A stretch of 42,019 nucleotides of DNA from a virus. The stretch is taken from the UHGV virus genome UHGV-0388215; one strand, given 5' to 3'. The stretch's first letter is position 1; every line of letters begins with the position of its first letter. Of this stretch, positions 25,922-35,216 are shown in pieces. The notes beneath the pieces were generated by a model. That model did not search any database, was not told the DNA's origin, and worked only from the letters and a program-made list of their open reading frames with translations. A program made the translations under genes and the position numbers.

Positions 25922-26704
25922 TTACTGTGGTTGTCCGGATATGCCGGAACCGGGCTCGACCCCGGTATGAACATGAGTTTCCAACACCTTGCCGTTGCTC
26001 TCAACCGTCCCTCCCGCGTTCGTGAGGCCGCCGGAGAACCGGGCCGGGCCGCCGTCGCCCTGTGCCGTGCCCGTCCACGTGAGGCTGCCGTTGATGCGCA
26101 CGTCGGCGTTGATGGTGAAGCCGTTTTCCGCCGTCAGGACGGACTCGTTACCGTGCATCGTCAGTTTGGCCACTCCTTCGATGGTGACGCCCTCGTCGTC
26201 GACCAGCACATAGCGTTCCGGCGCGGCGTTCAAGAAGCCTCCGAGATAGAAGCCGTCGCCTTTGCTCATGGCGCGGGCTGACCCCGGATTGACGGTCCCA
26301 TCCGCTCCGCGGCTCTCTTTGAGTGATTCCGTGTCGCGCATAGCATAGACGGCCAGGCCAATGTCGCCCGGCTGCGGGGCGATGACGAGGGCGTTTTTGC
26401 CGCCTTGGACGCGCAGGTACGGGAGCTTGAAGAGCACGCTCTGCTCCTGCGCCTTCTGTTCGCCCGTCACAAGGTTGACGAGAGGCTGCACGTCGACGAA
26501 GCCCACCGGGGAGACGCCCGAGCCGGAGACGGCGACCACGCGCACGGGTTCAGCCGTGGCGATGCGCCTGAGCATCTGGCTGATCATGAAGTCCTGCGCG
26601 TTGTACTCGCTGGAATTTGTTGAAAGACCGCGTTGTCCCTGCATTATTTCTTGTCCTTCTTCGGCTTCGCGCCGGGATAGCTTGCCTTGATCTGGCTTAT
26701 CCAC
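25922..26704 (-). CDS. baseplate spike (Mu gp45 / gpV-like)
   Basis: GTG start; C-terminal Gly-rich repeats typical of spike tips; position after hub gene. Confidence 0.55.
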   Translation of the reverse strand: MDKPDQGKLSRREAEEGQEIMQGQRGLSTNSSEYNAQDFMISQMLRRIATAEPVRVVAVSGSGVSPVGFVDVQPLVNLVTGEQKAQEQSVLFKLPYLRVQGGKNALVIAPQPGDIGLAVYAMRDTESLKESRGADGTVNPGSARAMSKGDGFYLGGFLNAAPERYVLVDDEGVTIEGVAKLTMHGNESVLTAENGFTINADVRINGSLTWTGTAQGDGGPARFSGGLTNAGGTVESNGKVLETHVHTGVEPGSGISGQPQ

Positions 26705-27546
26705 TGCGTTGCTCCGGGATAGCCTGCCTGCAATTTGTGGCTCAGGCTCACGATCTGCCAGAGGCCGGAAGCGCGGGGGACGATGCTCTCGATGCGCACC
26801 GGGCCGCCAAGTTGAAGCTTCGGCTCGTAGATGCCTTTCACCGTCACGCCCTCGTTGTCGAAGCTCGGATAACCGAGCATCCCGCTTTTTGCGGACCAGA
26901 CGGGCGTCGAGCCGCCGTCATCGCTGCGAAGCGTCGCAAGCGGGGAGATGACCATCTCGCCATCGTCCACGATGAGATCAATTCGGGCATCGTGGGCAAG
27001 CTGTTGCGCCTGTTCCATCGGGCCCCCGATGATGGCGATATTGCGAATGGAAACGGACACGCCCCTGTTGACGAAAGCGAGCCCCATTTGCTTCGCAAGC
27101 CCCTGCATGAGCGTGGCAACGTCCTGCGAGCCCTGCGCCGTCAACGGCGGCACGGGCGTAATGCTGGCGACGTATCCCGTGATGCACTCAATATCGAAAG
27201 AGGGATCAGGGGCGGAATTGAAGTTCGGGACGGCGCTCACGATATCGCCGGAGAATGCTAGCGACATCCCGTGCTCTTCATCGCCCGCATATACCGCGAT
27301 CCTGTTTTTCGACGCCTGCAACGGCTTGAAAGCCAACGTCGTCAGCGTTTCCATGTCCGCCAAGGGCATGTTGAAAATTCTTACCTTGGCCTTGTTCTTC
27401 TCTTTGCCGCCCGGCTTCTGTATGTCTACGTCCATCCCGAGCCGGATGATCTTGGTGTTCGCACCTTGCCCGGTGGCCGTATTGAAGCCGCCCTCGGCCA
27501 GCGTGATGTGCGCTTCAAGCAGCTTTTTGGTGAAGCTCGTGTTCAC
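26644..27546 (-). CDS. baseplate hub / late-control gpD-like protein (Mu gp44-like)
   Basis: 300 aa, position between TMP-proximal genes and spike. Confidence 0.4.
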   Translation of the reverse strand: MNTSFTKKLLEAHITLAEGGFNTATGQGANTKIIRLGMDVDIQKPGGKEKNKAKVRIFNMPLADMETLTTLAFKPLQASKNRIAVYAGDEEHGMSLAFSGDIVSAVPNFNSAPDPSFDIECITGYVASITPVPPLTAQGSQDVATLMQGLAKQMGLAFVNRGVSVSIRNIAIIGGPMEQAQQLAHDARIDLIVDDGEMVISPLATLRSDDGGSTPVWSAKSGMLGYPSFDNEGVTVKGIYEPKLQLGGPVRIESIVPRASGLWQIVSLSHKLQAGYPGATQWISQIKASYPGAKPKKDKK

Positions 27547-27845
27547 AGCGTTTCCCCCTCTTCGACGTAAACGAGCTGGAATCGGTCGCCGAGGCCCGAC
27601 CAGTGCGGATCCTCTTCGCCCTGCATATCGACAAAGTAGAGCTGCCCCCGGAAGGCGAGATAGTCGTACAACTTTAATCCGACGAGATTGCGGCAGATGA
27701 ACCCAGACCAGATGACCGTCTGGTCAATGGCAAGGTCGCAGTACAGGTTCACGCCTCGGGAGATAAACCGGAGGGTGCAGTTCTGTTCCCCAAGCACAAT
27801 CTGGAGGCTCTGGTTCGGCTCCTGTCGGAGCGGTACAGTCATCAT
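27543..27845 (-). CDS. small tail protein
   Basis: 100 aa, coupled (ATGA) in tail operon. Confidence 0.35.
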   Translation of the reverse strand: MMTVPLRQEPNQSLQIVLGEQNCTLRFISRGVNLYCDLAIDQTVIWSGFICRNLVGLKLYDYLAFRGQLYFVDMQGEEDPHWSGLGDRFQLVYVEEGETL

Positions 27846-28399
27846 CCGAAAATCCCCTCGCCCAGCTTTTTCAGTGTGCTTTTTTGCGTCGTCTGCCCCT
27901 GTTGTTTCCCGGCATCCGTGGTGCTTGCGTCGGTCGGATTCTTTGCCTGCGCCTTACTGATTGGCTTTATCGTTTCGTTGCTGTACTGCGGCTCGACCTG
28001 CCGGATCTCTTGCAGCATGAGCCCTACAAGCAGCCTGTCCACACCGTTTTCGGCCTTGCGGTCGTAGTCGTAGGAGACAAGGTTGTAGTCGAGAAATGTC
28101 TTCTCAGGGGTGACGATGCTCACGAGATCGGTACTTTCCGCCAGCTTGTCCAGCGCCTCCAGAAAAGCCGCAAGCTCGTCGCTCTTCCCCGTGCGGCCCA
28201 TCACGACCGACACCGCCGTGGGAGAAGCAACCTTGTTGTAATCCGCGAAACTCCCTTTCTCGACGGGGTTGGAGCTGATTTTGTTCTCGGACTTGATCGA
28301 GCAGGAAAAGAATGTGTCGAAGTCGAGGGCCTTGGCGCCGTCTTTATCGAAAATCGACCAGTTTCCGGGCTGTCCCGGAGGAAGCGCGCCGAATGCCAT
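27842..28399 (-). CDS. tail protein (position of Mu gp43 DNA-circulation N-domain)
   Basis: Start taken at internal MAFGALPPG immediately after TMP stop (28401). Confidence 0.35.
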   Translation of the reverse strand: MAFGALPPGQPGNWSIFDKDGAKALDFDTFFSCSIKSENKISSNPVEKGSFADYNKVASPTAVSVVMGRTGKSDELAAFLEALDKLAESTDLVSIVTPEKTFLDYNLVSYDYDRKAENGVDRLLVGLMLQEIRQVEPQYSNETIKPISKAQAKNPTDASTTDAGKQQGQTTQKSTLKKLGEGIFG

Positions 28400-28400
28400 G

Positions 28401-30209
28401 TCAGTACCCGAATGCGCTGTCTGCTTGCGCGGTTTGATTACGAAGTGCCGGAACCACTCCTTGGGCCATCCCTTCCGCATCCGTAGCCTGCGTATAGACC
28501 TTGACCTCACCCACATTAGTGGTTGACGTCATCTGACGCGAATTATTGACGTTGCTCACGCTTCCCGGACGCGCATCCCCGGCGCGCACCTGCGGCGGCA
28601 GAATAGACGGGCGGACATCACCAACTCGCATTGAATCGGCGACCCCGCCGGGCTTAGCCTCGGCCTTCGTTTCTTCCGGGCGCGAAGACTCATCGCCGCC
28701 GAGCCAATCCTTGATCCAGTCGGGAAGCAAATTGTAGAGCTTCTGGGCTACCCAGTTCAGCATTTCGACAAGCACATCGTTGATTTTGGAGATGCCTCCC
28801 CAGATCGTTTTGAGGGCTTCGATAACGCCTTTTCCGTCCAGCGTAAGAACGGAGTTGAAGAGCTTGGCGACCCCCGAAAGCGCATCCCAGACGCCCCCGA
28901 GGGTACTTTTGATGCCTTCCCAAATGGCCTTGAAACGGGCCCCGATTTCGTCGCCGGTTCCGAACATCGCCCAGAGCCCGGAAAGTGCGGATTCTCCGCC
29001 GTTGATGTAGGTAATGAGATCGTCGACAACCAGCGCGATTGCGCCGATGGCAGCAATCAACGGCGTAAACGGTGCAATCGCAGCCCATGCCGCCGTCGCC
29101 ATCGCGGTCAGGGCCGGAAGCATGAGCGTCGTAATGACCCCGGCCAACGCCGTAAAGAAGACGATCACGAACTGCTTGTTTTCTTTCACCCACCCGAGGA
29201 GGTCGCCGAGCAGGTTCGTCAAAAACGTGATCGCAGGGGAGACGGTGCTGGCGAAAAGGGCTGAGATGGCCTCCCATGCGTCATTGAGCCGCTGCTGCGC
29301 CTCCCGTTGCTTCTTCGCGTTTTCGATGTCCTGCTTGCTGTAGATGGCTTGAGCCTTCTGGACTTTCAGAAGATCCTCAATCCCTTTGCGGCCTTTAAGA
29401 ATGAGCGGGATGGTCTTTTCGTCGAAGCCTATCTGCGTGAGGATTGAGGTCGCTTTCTGGCGGTCGATTTTTGACGTGGCGTCGGAGAGACGAAGGAGTC
29501 CTTCTTCAAAGGAAACGGCCTTCCCTTTCGCATCCGTGAAGCTCACCCCCAAGTCTTTGGTCGCGTCTTTGAGCGGCCCCGAGTCGTGCAGGATGAGATC
29601 CTGCATCCAGTCGCCCAGATCCATGAACCGGGTCGAAAGCTCCTCGGCGTCAACCCCGGCGGAGGCTGCCGTCCTTTGCCATGCCTGCCAGTCTTCAATG
29701 CTCATGCCGAGCGCGTCCGAAGTCTTCTCAATAGCCTGAGCCTGCTCGTAATACTGCGCTATGGAGCTTTTCAGGATGGAAACGCCGCCGATGACGGCGA
29801 GGGCCTGCGCTGCCACGCTCTTGAGCCGTTCAAAGCCAAACGCGCCTTTGTCCGCCGCGTCTTCCAGCGAAACGCCCAATCTTTTCGCGGCGGCATCAAG
29901 GGCTTCAAGACGTTCTTTTGCCGCTCCGGTGCGGATAAGCTCCTCGCGCATCCGCTGATACTCTTTCGTAACCTCGCTGATTTCGCGGCCTTTTTGCACG
30001 GCTTCCTCGAAGGCGGCTTGCAACGAAGAGGCGACATCGGCAGACTGGCCAAGACCTTGGGCCCCCTTGACGCCTGCGTCATATGTCGCGCGCCCCGCGT
30101 CAACGGCTGCGGCCTGCACGCCGTCCAGCCGCTCCTGTGCGGCCTGCACCTGCGCTTTAAAATCCCCTGCTTTCAGCAAGAGGCTGACGACGAGTTCACC
30201 TGCGTTCAT
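28401..30209 (-). CDS. tail tape measure protein
   Basis: 602 aa, Ala/Gln-rich coiled-coil N-half, hydrophobic segments (VIVFFTALAGVITTLMLPALTAMATAAWAAIAPF), Gly/Trp-rich C-half; follows frameshifted chaperone. Confidence 0.8.
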   Translation of the reverse strand: MNAGELVVSLLLKAGDFKAQVQAAQERLDGVQAAAVDAGRATYDAGVKGAQGLGQSADVASSLQAAFEEAVQKGREISEVTKEYQRMREELIRTGAAKERLEALDAAAKRLGVSLEDAADKGAFGFERLKSVAAQALAVIGGVSILKSSIAQYYEQAQAIEKTSDALGMSIEDWQAWQRTAASAGVDAEELSTRFMDLGDWMQDLILHDSGPLKDATKDLGVSFTDAKGKAVSFEEGLLRLSDATSKIDRQKATSILTQIGFDEKTIPLILKGRKGIEDLLKVQKAQAIYSKQDIENAKKQREAQQRLNDAWEAISALFASTVSPAITFLTNLLGDLLGWVKENKQFVIVFFTALAGVITTLMLPALTAMATAAWAAIAPFTPLIAAIGAIALVVDDLITYINGGESALSGLWAMFGTGDEIGARFKAIWEGIKSTLGGVWDALSGVAKLFNSVLTLDGKGVIEALKTIWGGISKINDVLVEMLNWVAQKLYNLLPDWIKDWLGGDESSRPEETKAEAKPGGVADSMRVGDVRPSILPPQVRAGDARPGSVSNVNNSRQMTSTTNVGEVKVYTQATDAEGMAQGVVPALRNQTAQADSAFGY

Positions 30210-30459
30210 GGAATTTGCTCCAAAGGCGTTGGTTGTGGCCGTCCACGGCGATGATTTCTAGCATCTCGTAGGCATCGGACAGGCCGTATACTGTCTGCAT
30301 TTCGTGCAACGTCGCGAGGTTCCGGCTTACCGGGATGCCGACGCATCCGGGGAGGTTTGCGTAGTCCCGGAGCCCGAGGGGTTGAGGATCTGCGACAGGC
30401 GGGAGGTCAAGCCCTCGCCGCCATGCAAAAAATCCAGACAGACGGCGATAGCCTCCCAA
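30196..30459 (-). CDS. -1 frameshift extension of tail assembly chaperone (GT / E'-type product)
   Basis: Slippery heptamer U UUU UUG at about 30432-30426 (zero frame GAU UUU UUG = DFL); -1 frame then reads FFAWRRGLDLPPVADPQPLG..., exactly the body of track ORF 30196..30459, which ends 13 nt inside the TMP start. Confidence 0.6.
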   Translation of the reverse strand: MGGYRRLSGFFAWRRGLDLPPVADPQPLGLRDYANLPGCVGIPVSRNLATLHEMQTVYGLSDAYEMLEIIAVDGHNQRLWSKFHERR

Positions 30460-30836
30460 CGCAGGCGGTAGATCGTGCCCACATCCTCGACATGGGCGTC
30501 GAGGTTTTGCGGGGTGAGCCTGATGGCGTCATCGGGCTTGCCGGGGTTCGGGACGCGGTAGATCTGTCCGAGAAGCTCGTCATAGAGCGGTTCGGCCTGT
30601 TCCCACCGGAGCCCCGAGAGCCCCCGGAGCCCTGCGGAAAGCAGCGCGGCGGTGTTCGAAGACGCTGAAAGCGTCCGGATGTCGGCGGGCATCTCGGAAC
30701 CGAAGACGGCGAGCAGCGCACGGGCGGCCCATTTTTCTAGTTTCGTGACGGGCATCTCCTTGACCTTGAAGGTCTTCCCGGCGTCGCGGCCCTTGTCGAT
30801 GGCAATGATCTTTTCGTTGAGCATGACGGCCTCCAC
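30327..30836 (-). CDS. tail assembly chaperone (G/E-type), zero-frame product
   Basis: 169 aa between tube and TMP. Confidence 0.6.
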   Translation of the reverse strand: MEAVMLNEKIIAIDKGRDAGKTFKVKEMPVTKLEKWAARALLAVFGSEMPADIRTLSASSNTAALLSAGLRGLSGLRWEQAEPLYDELLGQIYRVPNPGKPDDAIRLTPQNLDAHVEDVGTIYRLRWEAIAVCLDFLHGGEGLTSRLSQILNPSGSGTTQTSPDASASR

Positions 30837-30839
30837 GGT

Positions 30840-31289
30840 TTAAAGCGGGCTCGCGGTCCACTGGTCGAAGGTGATGACGAAGGCGCTCGCTTGCAAAGTC
30901 TGAGCGGCGTTGGGGCTGGACTGCACGGAGGTGAGGCCGCCCCGCTTCCCGGTGATCTTCCGGTTGATGCTCGGCATGGCGAACTCGGCATTGCAGAGCA
31001 TCACTTCCCGGGCGGTTTCCTGATACGTCGCCCAGTCTTCCATGATCTGGCGGCTCGGACTGTCCGCCGCGAGAGTGATTGTGACTTCCTTGTTTGTCGG
31101 AACCCACCCAAAGGAGGTATGCCCGTCAACGCCCTTTTCCGCGACGACTGGGGTATTCGTGGCGACGCTGACCATCGCGTCGGTGCTGAACCCCTCGATC
31201 TGCACGGGACTGTCGTAGAGCCCGGGAACCGTCAGGAAAAGCGTGCAATTTGCCGCTGTAATCGTCATGTTGCCGAAGTTGTCAGCCAT
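30840..31289 (-). CDS. tail tube protein
   Basis: 149 aa directly downstream of sheath gene. Confidence 0.6.
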   Translation of the reverse strand: MADNFGNMTITAANCTLFLTVPGLYDSPVQIEGFSTDAMVSVATNTPVVAEKGVDGHTSFGWVPTNKEVTITLAADSPSRQIMEDWATYQETAREVMLCNAEFAMPSINRKITGKRGGLTSVQSSPNAAQTLQASAFVITFDQWTASPL

Positions 31290-31300
31290 GTTTTACCTCA

Positions 31301-32806
31301 TCACTGAATGGCCGTGGCGGGCATGACGATTTGCTGCACGCTGCCGCCGTCCATGTAGTAGAATTTGCATTCGGGGGACTGGCGCTGTCCGCGCACGGTC
31401 GCGCCGGGGTCCTTGACCTGCATATACCAGCCCTGCGTTTCGAGCGTCTGGGAAACGTCCAGCCCGATTTCCGCGAGGAGCTGCACCTTTTGGGTGTTCG
31501 AGAGGGTCACTCCCGTGCGGATAGCCCCGAAGTCGAGAAAACGCGTGATGGTGTCGAGGCAGGCCGTGCGGATCATGCCGTAGCCGCTCTCGTTGTAGGG
31601 GATGCACTTTACGGCCTTGAACAGGTCCAAAAGATTCAACTGGAGGCCGTCTTTAATGGCGATGGCGTCAAGGTACGTGTCGAGCCAGCCCCATTTGCCA
31701 GAAACCTGCCCGTTCTGGAAAAACTTGAACTGGCTGGAGGCCGTGGCAAAGTCCGCATAGCAGTTGTAGGCGTTGGCGATCAGCGCGTCATAGTTCTCGT
31801 CGTTGTCGCAGGTTACGGCAAGCCCTTCGCCCTGCTTGAATGCGAAGGTGAGCCGTCCGTTCGTCTCTTCAAAGTTGATGGAGGCCGCCGTGCCCATGAC
31901 CCACGCGGCGAGTTCAGGCGTGTTGAACACGGGAACCGTCCCGTCGAGTTCGAGCACCTTGGCAATCTGATACCCCGCCGAGGCGGTGGAGCCCGCGACC
32001 TGCGCGGCGTTGTCAGTATCCCACAGCACATAGGCGAAACGGGTGTCATATCCGGCGCACCACTGGGCGAGCGCGATCTTGTCGTCAAGCTCTGGCTCCC
32101 ATACCGTGGAGAACGTCACCCAATCGCGGGCGTACAGGAGCACGTTGGTCATGCAGTCGGGGAGCGTCTGGCCAGCCATGCCTACGGACTGGACGGCACC
32201 GGACTGTTCGGTGAGCAGAAGCAGTGCGCCGAGGTCGGTCCCGGCTTCCGGCGGTGTCGGAAAGGCCACGGCGGAACTTGCCCCGGTCGTCGGGCTGTCG
32301 ATCTGGAACGCCCCGGTCTGGCTGGAGTACGTCACCTTCGCCCCGGTCGCGCCCGCCGTCGTGAGCGCGGTCTGGATCGCCTCCGCAACCTGCGAGAAGC
32401 TGGTCGCAGCGGACAAATCCACGGAGGAAAGCGTGTGCGGCGTGTTGTCGATGGAAATGACCATCGCGCCGTTGGTGACGGCCTGCAACACGGCGAGATT
32501 GCCCGTATACTTCGCGCCGCGCAGCCATGCGCCCACGGACTCGCCGTTGTACCGGGCAAAGAAAATCTTGTCCGGGAGGCTCGTCGTATTCACGTAGCCG
32601 GAGAAGTACATGGAAGCCATAGTTGCCTCCTCCGAAAGCGAGCCGAAATAATTCGCTACGGCCTGCGCGCTTGCGAACTGCACGACACGACCTGCGGGCA
32701 AAAGCTCGGACTGCGAAAGGATGAGCCCGGCGAAGGTCAGGCCCGGCGTGCCGCCCTCGATGATGCGGGGGATGATTTGAACCAGTTTGTCGGCATTGAC
32801 GCTCAT
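31301..32806 (-). CDS. contractile tail sheath protein
   Basis: 501 aa; size, order and strong AGGAGGG RBS. Confidence 0.75.
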   Translation of the reverse strand: MSVNADKLVQIIPRIIEGGTPGLTFAGLILSQSELLPAGRVVQFASAQAVANYFGSLSEEATMASMYFSGYVNTTSLPDKIFFARYNGESVGAWLRGAKYTGNLAVLQAVTNGAMVISIDNTPHTLSSVDLSAATSFSQVAEAIQTALTTAGATGAKVTYSSQTGAFQIDSPTTGASSAVAFPTPPEAGTDLGALLLLTEQSGAVQSVGMAGQTLPDCMTNVLLYARDWVTFSTVWEPELDDKIALAQWCAGYDTRFAYVLWDTDNAAQVAGSTASAGYQIAKVLELDGTVPVFNTPELAAWVMGTAASINFEETNGRLTFAFKQGEGLAVTCDNDENYDALIANAYNCYADFATASSQFKFFQNGQVSGKWGWLDTYLDAIAIKDGLQLNLLDLFKAVKCIPYNESGYGMIRTACLDTITRFLDFGAIRTGVTLSNTQKVQLLAEIGLDVSQTLETQGWYMQVKDPGATVRGQRQSPECKFYYMDGGSVQQIVMPATAIQ

Positions 32807-32824
32807 TGCGCCCTCCTGTGTTTG

Positions 32825-33310
32825 CTATGCCAGCGGATGCACGGAAAGTTCCGCGTCGGTAAAAGTATCCATCTCAACGTGTTCAACGCGGTTCGCTTGG
32901 ATCAGTACATTGAGCATAAAGCGGGGGTTGTACTGCTCGTCCCCTTCCGCCTGTGTCATGTCCTGCGGGTCTTCGACGTACAGGGGGGCAATCCCGTACG
33001 TTTGCAGGAAGCGGCACCCGACGCCGTCGCGCAGGAGCGTTGCGAGCGTCTGGGCACGGTCGGCGGCGGTCGGGCCGTAGACGTCAAGCTGGACACGGCG
33101 GCGCTGCGGCTGCACGATGGCCTCTCCGCCGCACTCGGTCTGGTGCAGGTTCGTCGAGAGGCGCGTCATGCTCATCGGGGTGACGAGCACGTAGTTTTTC
33201 GCCTTCGGCTTGCTCACGCGGTTGACGTAGCCGCGGACAACAACGGCGGAATCGCCGAGGTAACGCTTACAAAAATCGCCGAGGGCCTGCACGAGGATGC
33301 CGTCACTCAT
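32825..33310 (-). CDS. head-tail/tail-completion hypothetical protein
   Basis: 161 aa, coupled in operon upstream of sheath. Confidence 0.35.
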   Translation of the reverse strand: MSDGILVQALGDFCKRYLGDSAVVVRGYVNRVSKPKAKNYVLVTPMSMTRLSTNLHQTECGGEAIVQPQRRRVQLDVYGPTAADRAQTLATLLRDGVGCRFLQTYGIAPLYVEDPQDMTQAEGDEQYNPRFMLNVLIQANRVEHVEMDTFTDAELSVHPLA

Positions 33311-33734
33311 CGTCTCCCCCTTTGGGCGGTTCCGTGGCCCCGACTTCCGGCGGCGCGGTTTCCCTGAGCTTCACGCACCGGATTTTCGTCCAGCCCGCCG
33401 TGGGATTCCAGCGCTCCAGAACTTGATCTACCTGCCACTCGGCGCCATCCCAGTAGAGAAGATCGCCGCCCTGCTCCGCCGGACGATCAAGGGCCGACCA
33501 GTCCCCTGAAAGATAAAAGTCGTGCCAGATCGTGTTCTGGCGCTGCTGCACGAGAAATTGCAGCGTCTTGTCGGAGACAGGCTGCGGCTGCGCCATGACT
33601 TCAACGGCAGGGGCCCATGCCGGGACCTGCTCATACTGCGCGTTTACGGTGAAGCCTGTGGAGACGAGAATCACGACCGACTGAAAAGGGTTCACGATGC
33701 CGATAAGCGGACGCACAAGTTCATGGAGATTCAT
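33303..33734 (-). CDS. hypothetical head-tail protein
   Basis: 143 aa. Confidence 0.35.
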   Translation of the reverse strand: MNLHELVRPLIGIVNPFQSVVILVSTGFTVNAQYEQVPAWAPAVEVMAQPQPVSDKTLQFLVQQRQNTIWHDFYLSGDWSALDRPAEQGGDLLYWDGAEWQVDQVLERWNPTAGWTKIRCVKLRETAPPEVGATEPPKGGDDE

Positions 33735-34294
33735 CTTTTGACTACCTCGTAATCGATGGACTTGAGCAGGCTTCCGGAATCGATGAGCGTCCCCTTTCCC
33801 GCGCCCTTGGCGTTCTTGCGGCGCTTGGTGGATTCGGCGTTGTCCGGGGGCATATTGCTCTTGATCGTTGCCTGAATGTCGTCTGCCATGCGGCGTCCCA
33901 CAAGCCGCATCGCCTCTTTCGGAGTCCGTCCGGCTTCCAATGCTTCCGCAAGGTTATCACACCATGCGTCTGCCTTGGCATCGAGCGTCGAGCGCAGGAA
34001 AGGCCGGGAGGGGATGGTGACGGTGTGGGCTTTGACCGACGCATCCTGCGCAAAATCACTTTTGCCCTTCTTCACGAACCGATTCCCGACGCTGCCGTCA
34101 CGCTTCCGCTTGAAGTACAAGGTTTGCGTCCGCTCAAGGATTTCGATGGTGGCGCCATATTCGTTGTACGCCGCATACTCCGCGACTGGGGTACCACCTT
34201 CGCCCCGCGTCGCATTTTCGAGCACCCCGGCCTTCACGACGATATCGGGGGTAATGTACCGCTTGAGCAGCTTTTCGAGTTCTCCGGACACCAT
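33731..34294 (-). CDS. virion morphogenesis / tail completion protein (Mu gpG / P2 gpS family)
   Basis: Start at internal MVSGELEK; C-terminal ...EAMRLVGRRMADDIQATIKSNMPPDNAESTKRRKNAKGAGKGTLIDSGSLLKSI pattern typical of Phage_tail_S. Confidence 0.6.
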   Translation of the reverse strand: MVSGELEKLLKRYITPDIVVKAGVLENATRGEGGTPVAEYAAYNEYGATIEILERTQTLYFKRKRDGSVGNRFVKKGKSDFAQDASVKAHTVTIPSRPFLRSTLDAKADAWCDNLAEALEAGRTPKEAMRLVGRRMADDIQATIKSNMPPDNAESTKRRKNAKGAGKGTLIDSGSLLKSIDYEVVKR

Positions 34295-34725
34295 TACCCC
34301 CACGGATGCCAATACCGGGCGGCATAGTAGCGCCCGCCTACGGCATAGGGCTGGATGGCCTGCCAAAACGTCTGTCCGCACGGCGTCTGCGCGTAAAAGG
34401 CTTTCCCGGTGTCCTGGGGCACGGAGAAGCTGATGCTGACAGTTCCTTCCGTCGCCGAGGCCACTGGCCCGGCCTGTCCCACTGGCCACAAGGCCAGCGT
34501 CGCCAAGTGGCAGACGAGGAGGTACAGGAGCGTCTTGCGGATCATGACGCCGTGGGCCGGATCATAAGGAACCGGGGATGAGTTTGTGTTGTCCAAGAGC
34601 AGACAGGCGACGTCGAACGCCTGCCGAAGCTGTGCATCGGTCAGGAGGGGCTGCCCGGTCTTCGGATCGACGAAGCGCGGATAGGCCTCCCGGAACTCCT
34701 GCGGGTCAAAGACAACAACAGCCAT
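34294..34725 (-). CDS. head-tail connector-like protein (DUF4054 / Mu gp36-like)
   Basis: N-terminal MAVVVFDPQEFREAYPRF...DAQLRQAFDVACLLLDNT pattern. Confidence 0.4.
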   Translation of the reverse strand: MAVVVFDPQEFREAYPRFVDPKTGQPLLTDAQLRQAFDVACLLLDNTNSSPVPYDPAHGVMIRKTLLYLLVCHLATLALWPVGQAGPVASATEGTVSISFSVPQDTGKAFYAQTPCGQTFWQAIQPYAVGGRYYAARYWHPWG

Positions 34726-34728
34726 GGT

Positions 34729-35175
34729 TTAGAACCCCGCCTTGCTCTGGAGCGGTTCGGTCTGCGCCTTGGGGTCGTTCTCCACATCCACGGGCTCCAG
34801 CCCGTTGCGCAGTTCCGCCCTTTCGTCGGCCTCGTCCACGGCGTCGGCCTTGCGCGCCTGCGCGAAGATGAGCCCGGACTTGAAGATTTCCATGTGCGGA
34901 CCATAGGTCTTTTCAATGTATGCCCAATCGTCGGCGTTCACCCGCGTCAGCCCAAACGCGCCCACGGGCAGCACGCCCTTTTCCTTTCCGCGCAGGCTGG
35001 CGGCGTTGCCTTCGATGAGCACCTTGCGTCCGTCGGGCATGGGGAACGTGATCCCGGTCGTCCGGTTCAGGGCGACCATCACGGTATCCGTCTTCGTCGC
35101 CTGCGTTGTTTCCGGGGCGGTATTCTTTTTGGGTCTGGCCATATCTCTGTATCCCTCCGTTGTTTTGGTCATCAT
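34729..35175 (-). CDS. hypothetical structural protein
   Basis: 148 aa; first gene after third late-motif copy. Confidence 0.35.
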   Translation of the reverse strand: MMTKTTEGYRDMARPKKNTAPETTQATKTDTVMVALNRTTGITFPMPDGRKVLIEGNAASLRGKEKGVLPVGAFGLTRVNADDWAYIEKTYGPHMEIFKSGLIFAQARKADAVDEADERAELRNGLEPVDVENDPKAQTEPLQSKAGF

Positions 35176-35197
35176 GGCAAAAGAGCCGGGACGAAAT

Positions 35198-35215
35198 CAC
35201 CGTGAACAAAGTTCG
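35198..35215 (-). promoter_or_regulatory. late-operon motif CACCGTGAACAAAGTTCG (copy 3)
   Basis: 23-40 nt upstream of ORF 34729..35175. Confidence 0.6.
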
Positions 35216-35216
35216 G

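Noticed and set aside
31331-33367. 678-aa plus-strand ORF (largest in the track)
   Set aside because: Antisense shadow spanning sheath and neighbouring minus-strand genes; high-GC DNA keeps antisense frames open; minus-strand ORFs have RBSs, operon coupling and recognisable phage functions
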